DNA of 64,000 nucleotides, from the NCBI RefSeq assembly GCF_009834535.1, contig NC_045697.1, positions 51,214,001-51,278,000 of the forward strand, read 5' to 3'. The position numbers and the translations under genes were made by a program. Of the stretch, positions 12,111 through 24,530 are shown piece by piece (positions within the stretch are counted from its first letter, which is position 1; every line of letters starts with the position of its first letter). The notes under the pieces are model-generated. The model saw nothing but the letters and a program-made list of their open reading frames with translations, made no database searches and was not told the DNA's origin. This stretch comes from Camelus ferus. Its lineage: Eukaryota.

Positions 12111-14054
12111 GCCTCCCTACTGCTCTTTTATGGTCTCTCCTAGTAATTGCTCAAGAAATGTTTTGTATAAATTGTAAAGCTTACTACCTTATTTCATCTG
12201 GCGTCTAGGTCCTCTTTACAGGTCTGTGTGAATGACATCTCTTTCTAATTTATGACCTACCCCTGGATCATTATACATAAGTAGTAATAGTCTTGGTATG
12301 TTTAAGAGTTGATTAGAACACCAGATTATAAGACTGTTTCTCCCCATCCTCTCCCCCCTAAAAAAGACTTTATTGGAGTATAGTTAGTTAGCGTTGCTCT
12401 GTTCTGTTAAATTTTGTTGTTTCTCTAACTCCCTCTTGGGAAAATTCAGGTGATTGATCTTGAGATGGATTTCGTAAGTTGTGAGTGAATACTGTACTAT
12501 CCTTCACCTTTTCTGGCACATCAAATCAACACGCATACCTTGTAAATGACTTCTTTTTTATAGTAAGTTTTCAAAACGTAAAGTGAGAAGAATGCTGTCT
12601 TAGACCCTACTACATCTCTTAATTCATACTGTCAAGTAAATGTGATATGCAAGCTGAATCTCTCAGTCTCACACCAAAGGGACATCACAATACTTTCTTC
12701 TTTTGTTGGGGGTCAGATGCGATAATTACGTGAAAACATTTGTGAACTATAGCAGTCTCCATATTAGTGTTTAAAACTGAAGTTTGAGGAAGAACAGATT
12801 ACTTTGTGAAAATGGCGTTACTGACTAGTAATATCTTTGCTGTTTTTAAAAAACACAATTTAAAATCTGTAATTTAGAATAGTCTGACTTTTATTTTCCT
12901 TCCTAATTCCATTTAATTTGATTATTTTATTGAATTCATAGATTGCCATTAAAACTCTTTGGCTGTAATTGTGTATGTGGGTTAATTTATTTTAGGTGGA
13001 GCCAGTGTTAGCATAGGAAGTAGAATTCTATAATGAAGATGCCATAAATGAAAGTTATGTGGGCTAGATCCTCTTTTAGGATTACATTTTGGATTTATTA
13101 GATTTTTAGTATTTAAATAGAATATATTCTTAAATTTCCCCATAGTTTAAAAATATTTGCTCCTTAATCATATTGTTAATAAAGAGGGAGAGATAAGAGT
13201 AATGGGAAATGCAGTATGCTTTTCTTACTCTTTTATCTCCTTTTGTGGGAATGATGAAGCAAATCATAATTCTGTGACTTCTCTGCTGTGAGCTTAGCAG
13301 GTGATTCAGTGGTTCTAGATAAAATGGTAAAGTATCAAAGCAAAGATTTGACCATGCTGTTCTCTAAATCTCAGAACCTTTAAAACATGCTTAATTGGCT
13401 TTGTGGATTATTCTTTCACTTATACCTTTCCTTCCTTTCTTTTTTCACTCTACCCAATATTACCACTGTAAAGTCTCAGATCCTCTCCACTATTTGACCC
13501 AGCTTTCTGGCTTCAACTCAAACTTTTGTACTGAGTTCTCTTGGCCAGATCCTAGTTCTGGGATATGTTTTAAGTTGTTAATGTGCCTTAGTATGTGGGA
13601 GATCTTTTCATATGTAGAAATTCTTACCTACTTTAGTCTTACCACCAGATCTTCTTATCTTGTATGCTAAGACATAAAAAACATGAGCTTGGTGTTGCAG
13701 CTTTTTGTCTTCCGTGCATGAGCAACTTCATTTTGTTTCCCATGTGGCCCAGAACAGAATAATAGCAAAAGGATCCATTCATTAGCTTAGACAGCCTTGA
13801 ATGTTAAGCCTTGAACATCTTAAACACTAATGTCCTCCTGACCTCACTACTAGAAGTAGAAATTTCTCTGAAAATCTTAATCAAAGGGCAATTAGGAAGA
13901 AGCGTCAGATTCCAATTTCATTAAACTCCAGGCATGTAAATACTTGGCAATTTCTTTGCTTGATGTAAAATTACATTCCATTATGAAATAACCCACTGTA
14001 TTTGTATTTCTTTTCTAATATTTCTCCTGGGAAAAAAACACATGGAAAGAATTT

Positions 14055-14240
14055 AAAGTCAAGTTAGGAAACTTGCTTTTGAATCCTGCTTTAACACTAT
14101 GTGACTTTGGGAAGGTTACTACTTAACCTCACTTTCTTCATCCGTGTTGAAGCTAATAATTCTTTCTAACAGTTTTTCTAAAATATGAAGATAGCTTGTT
14201 TATCTAGCACACTGTCTTATATGTTGGAGCTATTCATTAC
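14055..14240 (+). mobile_element. MIR SINE (diverged)
   Basis: TTTGAATCCTGCTTTAACACTATGTGACTTTGGGAAGGTTACT...TTTCTTCATCCGTG. Confidence 0.65.
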
Positions 14241-14311
14241 TTAGTTTTTTGGGTATTTAATTGTTACATGTAATTCTTGAATGAAGTTGTCATTGTTCTT
14301 TTTCAGTCAGG

Positions 14312-14480
14312 AGCAGTTTTCTTTACCTTTCTTAGGTCATGGATTTTAGTTAGATTCTGATGAAAACTATGGACCTGTTCTTCCCCCCAATGTACTTAAA
14401 TATATACGTACAGCATTTTGCAGATTGTTTCAGGAGGATCATAGAGTTTTTGAGGCATAGGTCAATGAACCATGGATTAT
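14312..14480. mobile_element. hAT-Charlie-like MITE remnant (family uncertain)
   Basis: GATTCTGATGAAAACTATGGACC...ATTTTGCAGATTGTTTCAGG motif; a related GTGATGAAAGCTATGGA occurs at about 44650. Confidence 0.45.
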
Positions 14481-15749
14481 TTTATTTACCTTGGGTGAAG
14501 AGTACTGGATTTCATCTTTTATCTGTTGAGAAGTTCAGTGCCCTTCTGTCCTTTTTATCACCTGTAAAGTTAAAAAGTAAACAACCCCTTCCATAACTCT
14601 ATGCAAATAATCACACCAAAGCTAAAGAAATTTTCTTCCAAAGGTTGCCACTATATAATCAGAGTGTTTTCTTTGGATAAATAATAGATTAGAACATTTT
14701 AAATCACTACCAGCCTTTCCTCCCTTATTCTTTTTGAAACCATTGAAATCTTGACTCAGAGAAAAAATGTGTTAAGAGATAATTGGTTTTTATATCTGCT
14801 TTTTCTTCCCCTAAAGGTATGAAGGATATCTTACAGAACGATAAGATGTACTTAATAAAGTTTACAGCTGTTTCCTCATTATATGTTTAACACCAAACTA
14901 TAAAGATTTAATTTTATTCCTTGAGGCTTATTTTACAGTTATTGCCTTAACTTTTCTTCTAAATATGGTGGAGTGAGTACATTCCTTTAACTTCCTTCCC
15001 TTCCCAGTATCCCACTTACATTGTTTAAAGGTTGAATTAAGTCAGTTTTGAAAAGCAGGAACAGATGTTATTACATTGATCAAAATACGTTAAAGAGGAG
15101 CAGAAGGACCTCATTAATTCTGTAACTTTATGTGTGCTTGGATATGTGTAGGAAAAATGGAAAAAAGCTCCAGCTTTAGGCATGGATAAGCCCAGATTTG
15201 AGTAATATCATCAGTGCTGGTTTTCTTTTCAACATTTTAGTCTCTCTTGTCCTCTGTATTAGTTTTATTTTCAGCCAGGCAAATTTGGCTGCCAAAGGAG
15301 ATAGGGATGGGATACTCTAGCCAGACCTGGGTCCTGTGGCCACCCCAGTGGTGGCTGGGAAGACTCACCTCCACCCAAAACACATGGAATATTTTCCCTG
15401 CAGACAAGAGGGATTATGTTACTAGAAAAAGGGGGTGGGGAAAAAGCATGTTGAGCAGTAAAATTACAGTTCACAGTCCACTACAGGTACCATCAGAGGA
15501 CCAGGAATTTTGAAGAAGATAGAAATTCACGGGATCGGATTGACAGCAAAATCTCAGAGGAAACTGTAACTCAAGATACCAGAGGTAAGCTCAGGTTTTC
15601 CTAGGGGAACTTGAGAAAGGCTCCAAGGTTGGAGCCAACAAATACAAAGAACAGTTGTGGGCAATGGGATAATAATCAAGAATTTTTTAAAGAATAATTT
15701 TTCAAAATGCTAGGTTAGTTCGCCTCCTTCCTGCCCTTTCTCCAGTCTA

Positions 15750-17450
15750 AACAGCTCTGGTAGCAGTTGTGCCTGCCCTCAGGCCTGAAGTCTAAGAACT
15801 GTTCTCTTCTAAGAAAGTAGACTAGCAGTTCAGTGGGACATCTGTGGTGTTGAAACCTGAGAGACGCAGAGGCACTGGAGCATTCCTCTTCAGAGAAAAG
15901 CCGTTGGATCCTAGCAAGCTTGACTTCTGTATAGGTACCTTTCTGGGATGCCTGCTTATCTATATTGCCTGCCTGTTTAAATATTACTACTCTCCCATTT
16001 AAGGGAAAAGCCACTTTGGAAAACAATCCCGAACAACCTCAAAGAAAACCCATAATTGTTCCCTGCACTCTCTAAAGTAATCTTTTGTTTGCAAGTATGA
16101 ACAGATGGAGATAATCAGACAAGTGAGGAGAATGAAGATGGAAGAGGATTAAAATGAATAAAAGAACAACTGACCTCAGATATAATTCAGAAGAAAACTT
16201 CAAAGAAAAACTGTAATATGTATTTTACTAAGATTTAACAACAAGTTATAATGATTAATCATAGTTTCACTGAAAAGGGGGCAGAGAAACAGAAAAGATT
16301 TTGAAAATTAAGAAGAAAAATTTTAATGGCTGGGTTAAATAACAGTTTAGCCTGAATCAAGACTTAGTTGTTGATTTGGAACTAAAGAGGAGGAGCTCTG
16401 TGCATATGAAGAAGAAAAAAAAAAAAAGATCTGGAAAAATTGAGAGAAAAAGAGATGTGGAAAATACATCACAAAGTTTTACATCCGTAAATGTGAATTC
16501 TAGAAGTACAGAACAGGAAAGTGGGAAGCAGAAAACTATTGAAGAAATAATTGAAGAAAATTTCATGTGTCGGAGAAAGGTAATGAATTTCACATTGAAA
16601 GAACCCATCTAGTACCATGCAGGATGAACGGAAAAAGATTGATCTACATCTAGACACATCTGGTAAAAGTTCAGAACTCTGAGCATAAAAAGAAAATCCT
16701 CCATTACTGCCAGAGAGAGGGAATAAAAAATGGAAAATCAAATAACTGACTCTTCAAGCAGCCATGCTGAGTGCTTGAAGACAGTGAAGCAGTGTTTTCA
16801 CCATTTGGGGGAGAATAGATTTGGGCCTAATTTTTTTATGCTTAACCATACTCTTTATCAAATGAGGATGAGTACATTTTTACGCTTAGAAAAACTATGT
16901 ACCTTATATGAAAATATTTAAGATACTATAGTGCAATGAAAAATGCAGTCCAAGATAGAGGATATAGTGGTAGGTCAATGTCAGGGGAAGGAAACTAATA
17001 GCTACAGAGGCAGTCTGGTCCTTCAAAAAAAAACTAAAGAAAACTAGAAGAAAATTCAAGAATGTCATTACTCTAAGCATACATGGACAGTTCTGTTTAA
17101 ACCAATAATGTCCAAATGATATAAAATTACATTTCCTTCAGTGGTTAGTATTTACGTAGTCTCGTTATAAATGCACTTAATTAATTTTTAGTTTTTAGAA
17201 TCAACCTAAAAGATATATAAAATAAACATAATTATATTTATGAAGTAGTTAAGGAGTATAGTTACAAACTTTTATAATGTAAAAATAATACAGCCTATAA
17301 AATTAGGAGTAGAAAACAATGAAGCAAGTGTTCATTTTTCAATGCTAAGTCCATAGATAGCACATAAATTGATAAATCAAGCAACAGAAGTAAAGTGACA
17401 TTAGAAGTTAAGCTGGTAACCACATTAGATGTTTGTTAATGTAACAATGT
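15750..17450 (+). mobile_element. HAL1 (half-L1) or ancient L1 ORF1 remnant
   Basis: Broken ORF1p-like frames (KTIEEIIEENF in 16376-16612; GENRFGPN-like in 16730-16921), then TTTTTAGAATCAACCTA and no ORF2 sequence. Confidence 0.6.
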
Positions 17451-20294
17451 ATTGCCATTTTGACGCAGGCAAGTAACAAAAAAGACTTATTGTTCATCTC
17501 TTGCCTTTGTGGCCTTTGAACTTTTTAAAAAACCCGCTTTCATGCGTTGCATTTATAATGTTAAAAAGATTGCAGATGTGCTGCATTTACCTACTAAGGT
17601 AATAAAGTTTACTTATAAATTGACATTCCAGGGTCACATGAATTTTAGAAACTATGTGAGGTAGAAATAGGGGGACACATGAGAATTAACTCCTGGAAAC
17701 TGGAAAGTTGCATAGAATACAAATGTGAATATTTTAATGTAGGATGCATAATTATTGACTGGCATACGCTCTTTATTTTGTATGTAAATTCCTGAATCCT
17801 TTCTGTGATTCTTTTTTAAAAAAATGTTTATCATTAAAAATTCGGGTGTATGGGAAAATTCTGAGTTCTTCCCGCTAGTGCCTCTAAATAAGATGACATT
17901 TTCTCTTAGGTACTGGGATTACCTACTGGTTTGTCCATAAGAAAGTCATGTGATCAAGAAGAGCCACAGCTACTGGAGGCAGGGTATATCTTCTGGAATA
18001 AGGAAGATGGACATAGAAATGGCCTTTTTTAAAGCCTTCTAAACATGGAACTCATATTATGTCCCTAGCTGGACAATATATGTTGAATGAAAGAAGTTTT
18101 ATTTTGATGCCACTTCAACTTAAAAATAGGCTAGCATCCTGTTTCTACTGTACATAGGTAAAATGTTTTTTGCTTAGTTTAGCTTTAGGAGTGTAGCATC
18201 ATAAACATTTTTTGGGAAGCAGATTTCTAATTGTATGTTTTTCAGATTTGATTTTAAAAATCATAAAATCTTATGCTATTTTATGACTTTAAATATTAAA
18301 AGTGTAAGCTGCAAAAGATGCTAAGACCTAGGTACTTTACCTATAATGATTCTGCTTAAATTATACATAGTATTCTAAGCAAGCTGGAATGTTAAAAACA
18401 AAAAACAAAAAACAAGTTTTACAAATGTATACCCTTAAAATAACAAAGCACTTGACTGGAAATTGTGGAATTGGTATAAGAGGGAAGTGGTTTACTTGAA
18501 CATACAAAAACAAGTATTAAGTATAAAATTATATCTGGCAGTTAATCGTGCTTTTAAACATTTTGTAAGTGATTAGTTTTTCAGTGCCTACTCTTGAAAC
18601 AATATTAACTACCTTTACTGAGACATTGGTATGTATGTTCTTGAAGAGGATGAGAATTGTTAAGTAATTCTAAAATTAGTTGGCTCTTAAGAAATTTGTG
18701 AGGGAGCTGTTGAAAGATATGAATATGGGTTAAATTTGATATCCTAAAACATACTAGTGATTTCATAAAACATACTAGTATTTATCTATTACACACATGA
18801 AAAGTTTATATTAACTTCTGTTTTCTTATATTGTGTTGGCTTTTGTTGGAGATTTGATAGTAAAACTGGATATCTGAAATTTGTGGAGGAAGTTGAAAGT
18901 AATGGTAATATTGCTGTGTTGTGAAACATCCTTATGATGACCAAAGAGTCACAGTTACATTGAATGAAATCAGTATTTCTTTATGTGTGTGTGTGTTATG
19001 AGGGTTGTGTTGGAATCCTATCTATATTTGAAACGTCACAGTTATGCTCTGAGATGCTCCTTTTGTGACAGCCCCTGAAGATCCTCTATCTCTGTTCAGG
19101 CTCAAGTTAGTGGAAAAGGTAATGGTGCTCCAAGTTTGGGAGGTGAATGTTCTCTAAAAACAATAAATATCTTATCAATTTTATATGCATAGAAACTATT
19201 GTGAGACACTTTTGCAATTTTTGACCTAGCCTTTTGAGGATATAGACAATTAATGTAGTACATTTCTTAGGAGATGGAACTATGAGTCAGAAAAAGTACT
19301 TGCAGTAATTGCTTGCAGGCAAAGAATCCAAGATTTATCATGAATAGATTAGGCTAGAAATAGCAGACATCATGAGAAACCAGACTGATTGGAGCTTGTT
19401 GTCTGCAATTCCAGACCATCAGGCAACCATAGAAGGAGTTGAGATTGCATGGTTACTTGGGTGGTTTTTACATCCTGATTATTTCCCATGCCTTTGATAC
19501 TATCTTAAATGAGTTACCTGGAGCTGTTTCTTAAGTCTCCTAGAGTAGGACAGTTGTCCTTCAGGAGGGTGGTAGAAATTGATGACTCAGAAAAATTGGC
19601 TTTGGACTTAAGTTTTCTCTTATAATTGTATTTTTTCCCCCAGCCTCTCTACTCTCCCCACCTCTTTGGTGGGTAGTGGGGGGGTTGGTGTGGGTGTAGG
19701 GGGTGTATTTCTTTTTGTTGGTAGATACTTGTTGCTTTGGAGCAGAAGACAGGTAATGGTTGCTGACCAAATTGAGAGTGCCATTCTATCAGTTTCTTTA
19801 GCCTATTAAAAAAAAACATTGAAATATATTATTTCTATTATATATGTACTTGTTTTTATTTTTATTTGAAGTGTTGTACAAATTTGGGAGGTGAGTGTTC
19901 TCTAAAAACAATAAATATCTAATCAATTTTATATACATAGAGCCTTTTGGGAATACTAGAAAAGAATGAATTCATGGTGTGACCCATCATGGGTAGAGAC
20001 AACAAATGGAAGTGTCCAATAGACACAACTGTTATTAGAGATGTGAAAGGAGGGAAAGCTTTTTTACCTTGCTTAGTGTATTACTTATATTTGTATTCAG
20101 TTTTACCCATAGGACACATTGGACGAAATACTTGTTCAAATATAATAATACTTTTTGTACTGTTCTAAGTGGAGTTTGGGGTTTTATTCATTAGTTGGAT
20201 TAAAGAAAAATGGAAAGGAACTACATATCAGAGGAGATGAAAAAATCATTGAGGATTTTGATTTTAAACTTTGTCAAGAATCAGGATCAAGTTT

Positions 20295-20407
20295 TTCCAG
20301 ATTATAGACTCTTGAAGGTAGACTAACTTTGTCATTCTATATCCATTGTGTAGTATAAAGCTTGTCACCTAGTAAGCACTCAGTAAATATTTATATAAAT
20401 GAATGAT
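20295..20407 (+). mobile_element. L2 3' end
   Basis: AGATTATAGACTCTTGAAGGTAGA...CCTAGTAAGCACTCAGTAAATATTT...AATGAATGA. Confidence 0.7.
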
Positions 20408-20855
20408 CAAAATGCTAAGTATGATCTTTCAAAAAAGAAGTTTATTAGGGCTTTTTATAATATTAGCCTTGAGAAAATTTATTTAACCAATAAATACCCT
20501 CCCTCACATTTAGAATTCACCTCTGGATGGCCTTTGATTTTATTTATGAAGTTAACAATTTTATACATCCTTACTTAATCCTTTGTTACCTGAGCCTTTT
20601 TGGTTTTCCTGTACATAGCTGGAAGCCTGTCCAAACAGTTAACATTTATTTTGGAGGTTCTGGTGAAGGTTTAATCATTCTTATTTTTAAATATTATCAA
20701 AATCAGACCTGAAATGTATGCCAAGAAGCTGAGATAGAAGCTCTTGAGTGCTCTTTGTCTTAACAAAAGCTGCTTATATGTGGCCCTATCTTCTTCTTAG
20801 TCTGCATTCCATTTTTTTTCAATAATGATGGAAGAATTTAGAATTTTATACTTTA

Positions 20856-21017
20856 TAAACAAGTTTATACTCTATGTAGCACAGGGAACTATATTCAATA
20901 TCTTGTAGTAACCTACAATGAAAATGAATGTATGTATGTATATATATGACTGAACTATTATGCAGTATGCCAGAAATTGACACATTGTAAACAGATTATA
21001 CTTCAATTAAAAAAAAT
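20856..21017 (+). mobile_element. Camelid-type L1 extreme 3' end with poly(A) and TSD
   Basis: AGCACAGGGAACTATATTCAATATCTTGTAGTAACCTA...ATACTTCAATTAAAAAAAA; TSD GAATTTTAT(A/G)CTTTA at 20841-20855 and 21018-21032. Confidence 0.9.
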
Positions 21018-21559
21018 GAATTTTATGCTTTAAAAAGGAAAAGTTTGAAATAAATGTAGAAGGCAAACAAATACATACTCATAAGTATTTTATTGATTTA
21101 GATTAGTGAGTATATACCCAAAGAATTCTGGATCTTAAAATACTAAATTCTGACAGAAACGTCACAGTTTACTAACTTAAAGAATCCAGTAAGCTTAGAT
21201 GGAAATCCATATTTAGCAGAAGTAGATTTTTTAAAAGGGTGGATTATTTGACTCTCCATTCTTCTCTCTTCTTTAATTGCATGCATATAGATAGAATCTG
21301 CATTGTGGCTTTTTTTTTTTTTTTTTTTTTAGGTAAATAAGTTCTTTATCCATCAGGGAATGAATGTGATTTTTTTGATAAGGAGGCAGAAGTTATATAA
21401 GAGGAGGTGTAATTCTCTTTGAAATTCCTTGAAAAGTGGAAATGATGAAGGGGGTAAGAATAAAGCTAGATACATGTTTTGAAACTGATAATGATTTCTG
21501 ATCTGGGTTTTTTTAGATAGACTTTGTATTATTAATACTTTTTATTTGCAGGGAAGCAG

Positions 21560-22060
21560 GTAGTCTCATTCACTGTCAGGGTATTAATTCAATTTTAAGA
21601 GGGCAGTTTGGTAACAAAGTTTTAAATGCATATACCCTTCAAGAAATGTACCATACAGTTCTATCCAGGCATGTGCAGATGGTATGTGCCCCTTAATTAG
21701 GCATTTTCCTTGCAGCATTATGAAATACTGAAGCAACACAAATGTCCATGAAAAGGGAATTAATGACTGAATAAATTGTAGTACAGTTTTTTAGTGAAAA
21801 TTTGAGCAACTATCAAAATCAAAGAGAGAGGTACACATACTAATCTGAAATAATTATCATGGAGTATTAAATTTAAAAAATAGGGACGCAGAAAAGTATG
21901 TACGATATACTTCCATTTGTATTAATATGTGTAGGTTATTTCTGGAAGAATGCCCTAACTAGTTGTGCCTTTTAGGGGTTTGTGAGAGATAGGTTTACTT
22001 TTCCCTGTATTCTCTTTTATACATGAGTGTTTTTTCCATGTATGTGTATTATAGATAAAA
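21560..22060 (+). mobile_element. Old L1ME-like 3' end
   Basis: GGGCAGTTTGGTAAC...TTTTAAATGCATATACCCTT...GCAACACAAATGTCCAT. Confidence 0.6.
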
Positions 22061-23394
22061 ACCATAGTTGGGAAAAAAAAAAGTAACCTATGATGGTAAT
22101 GAAAGGAATATTACTGTGCTACATTAAACATATATCTAGAACCCTCAGTCATATTATGGCATGATTGGTTTAGGAGAAATATAAGGTAAATTCATGGGGA
22201 TAGTGTTATTTTAATAACATATAAAGGCTATCAGAAATTTGACCAGATTGTGTTAGCCTTTTAATTTAAATTCTGTTTAACTCTTTAATATCTGTATCTC
22301 ATATATGTATCTCATTTGGTCCAGGGTATTTCACGCTTCTGCTAAAATTTAACTTACAAAGTAGAAAAGAGAAAAATAGACATATTATAATGACTGCATT
22401 TCATGCTTTTTGAGACAAGAAATTGTTTCATATTTTGTTTTTCTAGTAGTTTGTTTTTATGTAGGTGGGTGAAATAATTAAATTTATGCTGCAGCCAGTT
22501 ATTTCTCCTTGTTTTGTTTGAAAATGTTGGTTTTGAAAAATCTTGCCCTTCCCTAAGTAGAAAAAAAAAATTGATGGGAATGGAACTTCTTTACAAGGAA
22601 TATTTGATTGAAAATAAAAGTTTTATTTGGGAGAATAAACATCAACAAAACTTTAAATCATACAAAATAGGATTTCTTGTTTGTCAACATATTTCTTTGT
22701 ATGTGTGTTTGTTTGGTTTTCTTGTTCCTTGTTCAGAGAAATCAGTGCTGGTCCTAAATAAAATTGTAAATTTTAGAAGATTCCTTCATCTATTCTTGGC
22801 AGTTATTGAGCTTCTTCTGTCCTTCCCCACCACCCCTTTTTTATGGGAGGCTTTTCTCTTCACTTTGGACATTTGAATCTTCTTATTTTAATAAGTATTT
22901 TCTTTATGATTTAAGTTACCTACATGTGTTGGTTTACATTTGTTTGCATAGTTAGTGCATTAATTACTGTTTACACTTTAATGCTTTGCCATTGGCAAAA
23001 AAAAAAAATTGAAATCCATTTTAGGCAAATGGGAAAATAGGGTTTTTTGCCTAGAAATTGAGGTTGAACTAGAAAGAAGGTGACTTAATTTTTGGATGTA
23101 GGGTCTTATGGCAGGTGTATATGAATCTTCTTTCAACCTTTTACCCAGAATATCGTATGCTGTGGTGTAGATCATCATATTAACAAAAGAACCAGAATAT
23201 AAAATTAGAAGGAAATAATTATTTTACTGTATAACAGAGAATTATAGAAATTCTCAAATGTAGATTCTGTTTATATTTAATATTTTTAATATCTTATTTA
23301 AGTGACTTAAAGATAATAGTCACAAAAGAAATGTTTTTGTCATCGGAAATAATTCCTAGTGGTAGCAATAATAAGGGGTTAGGATGCATAACTG

Positions 23395-23560
23395 GATATC
23401 AGATGATTCCTTTATTCATGCATTTGTTGTTTAATCAACAAATACTTAAGTACATGCTCTGTGTCGAAGACTCTGCTGGTCCTGGGTATACATTGGCAAA
23501 AGAACTGTTGCCTGCTTTCATCAACTTTGTGATTCGTAAGGAAGAGACATGATAAATGGT
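23395..23560 (-). mobile_element. L2 3' end
   Basis: ATTCCTTTATTCATGCATTTG...CAACAAATACTTAAGTACATGCTCTGTG. Confidence 0.6.
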
Positions 23561-24059
23561 ATATAACCATTTATAATTCCACAAGAAAGCCATAATCACA
23601 TAGTTATTAGTGAAAACAGTAAATGTCAGAAAGTAGAAGCACCGTGTAATCCTAGAACGAGGGAAGGAGAGAGTGAATGATTTGATTGACTTGAACCTTG
23701 GTGGCCTGATATCTTGTCAAAGTTAGAAAGTCTATTCTTGATTTATGAGACTAAAGAATACTTCAACGTATGAGATACCTATCTTTACTTGCTTATGTTG
23801 GAAAAAGTTTTGAGAAAGAGAAACGTTGTTGATGACTTCTCTTAATCTAAAGAAGAAACAATTTATTTGGAGCTGGAAGTCAGAAAATAGTAAGAGCAGG
23901 TTTGCTAATTCTTCATAAGCTGTGTCGTAACAATGGACATTGTTTTGTTTGAGAAGCCTCCAAATGCCAGACATACCCATACATAAATGTAAGCATTGCA
24001 TATGGACTGAGGGGAGAGGTTATTTTTAATATCATTTGTTTTCCATTAATTTCACACAT

Positions 24060-24530
24060 CCTTTGGAGTCAGACTATATGAGTTTGAATGCCATCTACGC
24101 TATATAACTCTGTGTACAGTCTGAGACTTGATTTCCTCATCTGTAAAATGAGGATTATATCACCTGAAGGAAGTATAGTATATGGTTCAGAGGACAGATT
24201 CAATTGGAGCTAAGTGCGTCAGTTCAAATCTTATCTCCTTAACTTAGTTTAGTGGGGAGTAAATTGGTTAAGTTGCTTAATCTCTCAGTACCTCAGTTTC
24301 CACGTGTGTGGAATGGAGATAATAAGAGTATCTAATAGTACCTTTCTTTTAGGATTATTGTGAAAAGTAAATGAGTTAATACATATAATGCACTTAAAAT
24401 GGTCTATGGCATATAGTAAGCACAGTGTAATTATTAATGTTACTGTTTTTAATTGTCATCTAGGGTATTGTGAAGGTTAAATAACATGTTTATTTTAAAA
24501 ATAACTCATATTGCCTGACACAGTAAGGAT
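24060..24530 (+). mobile_element. MIR interrupted by a second, near-full-length MIR (inner copy about 24170-24445)
   Basis: Outer: TTTGGAGTCAGACT...TTTCCTCATCTGTAAAATGAGGAT, resuming TAGGGTATTGTGAAGGTTAAAT at about 24461. Inner: AGTATAGTATATGGTT...CCTCAGTTTCC...GGCATATAGTAAGCAC. Confidence 0.75.

Noticed and set aside
18745..18779. Short direct repeat TAAAACATACTAGT x2 (similar small duplications near 52600 and 59824-59861)
   Set aside because: Two copies only; ordinary slippage duplications, not an array or CRISPR-like structure.
22514..22876. 120-aa ORF on the + strand
   Set aside because: Non-ATG start, low-complexity AT-rich codons, no convincing splice boundaries or homology.
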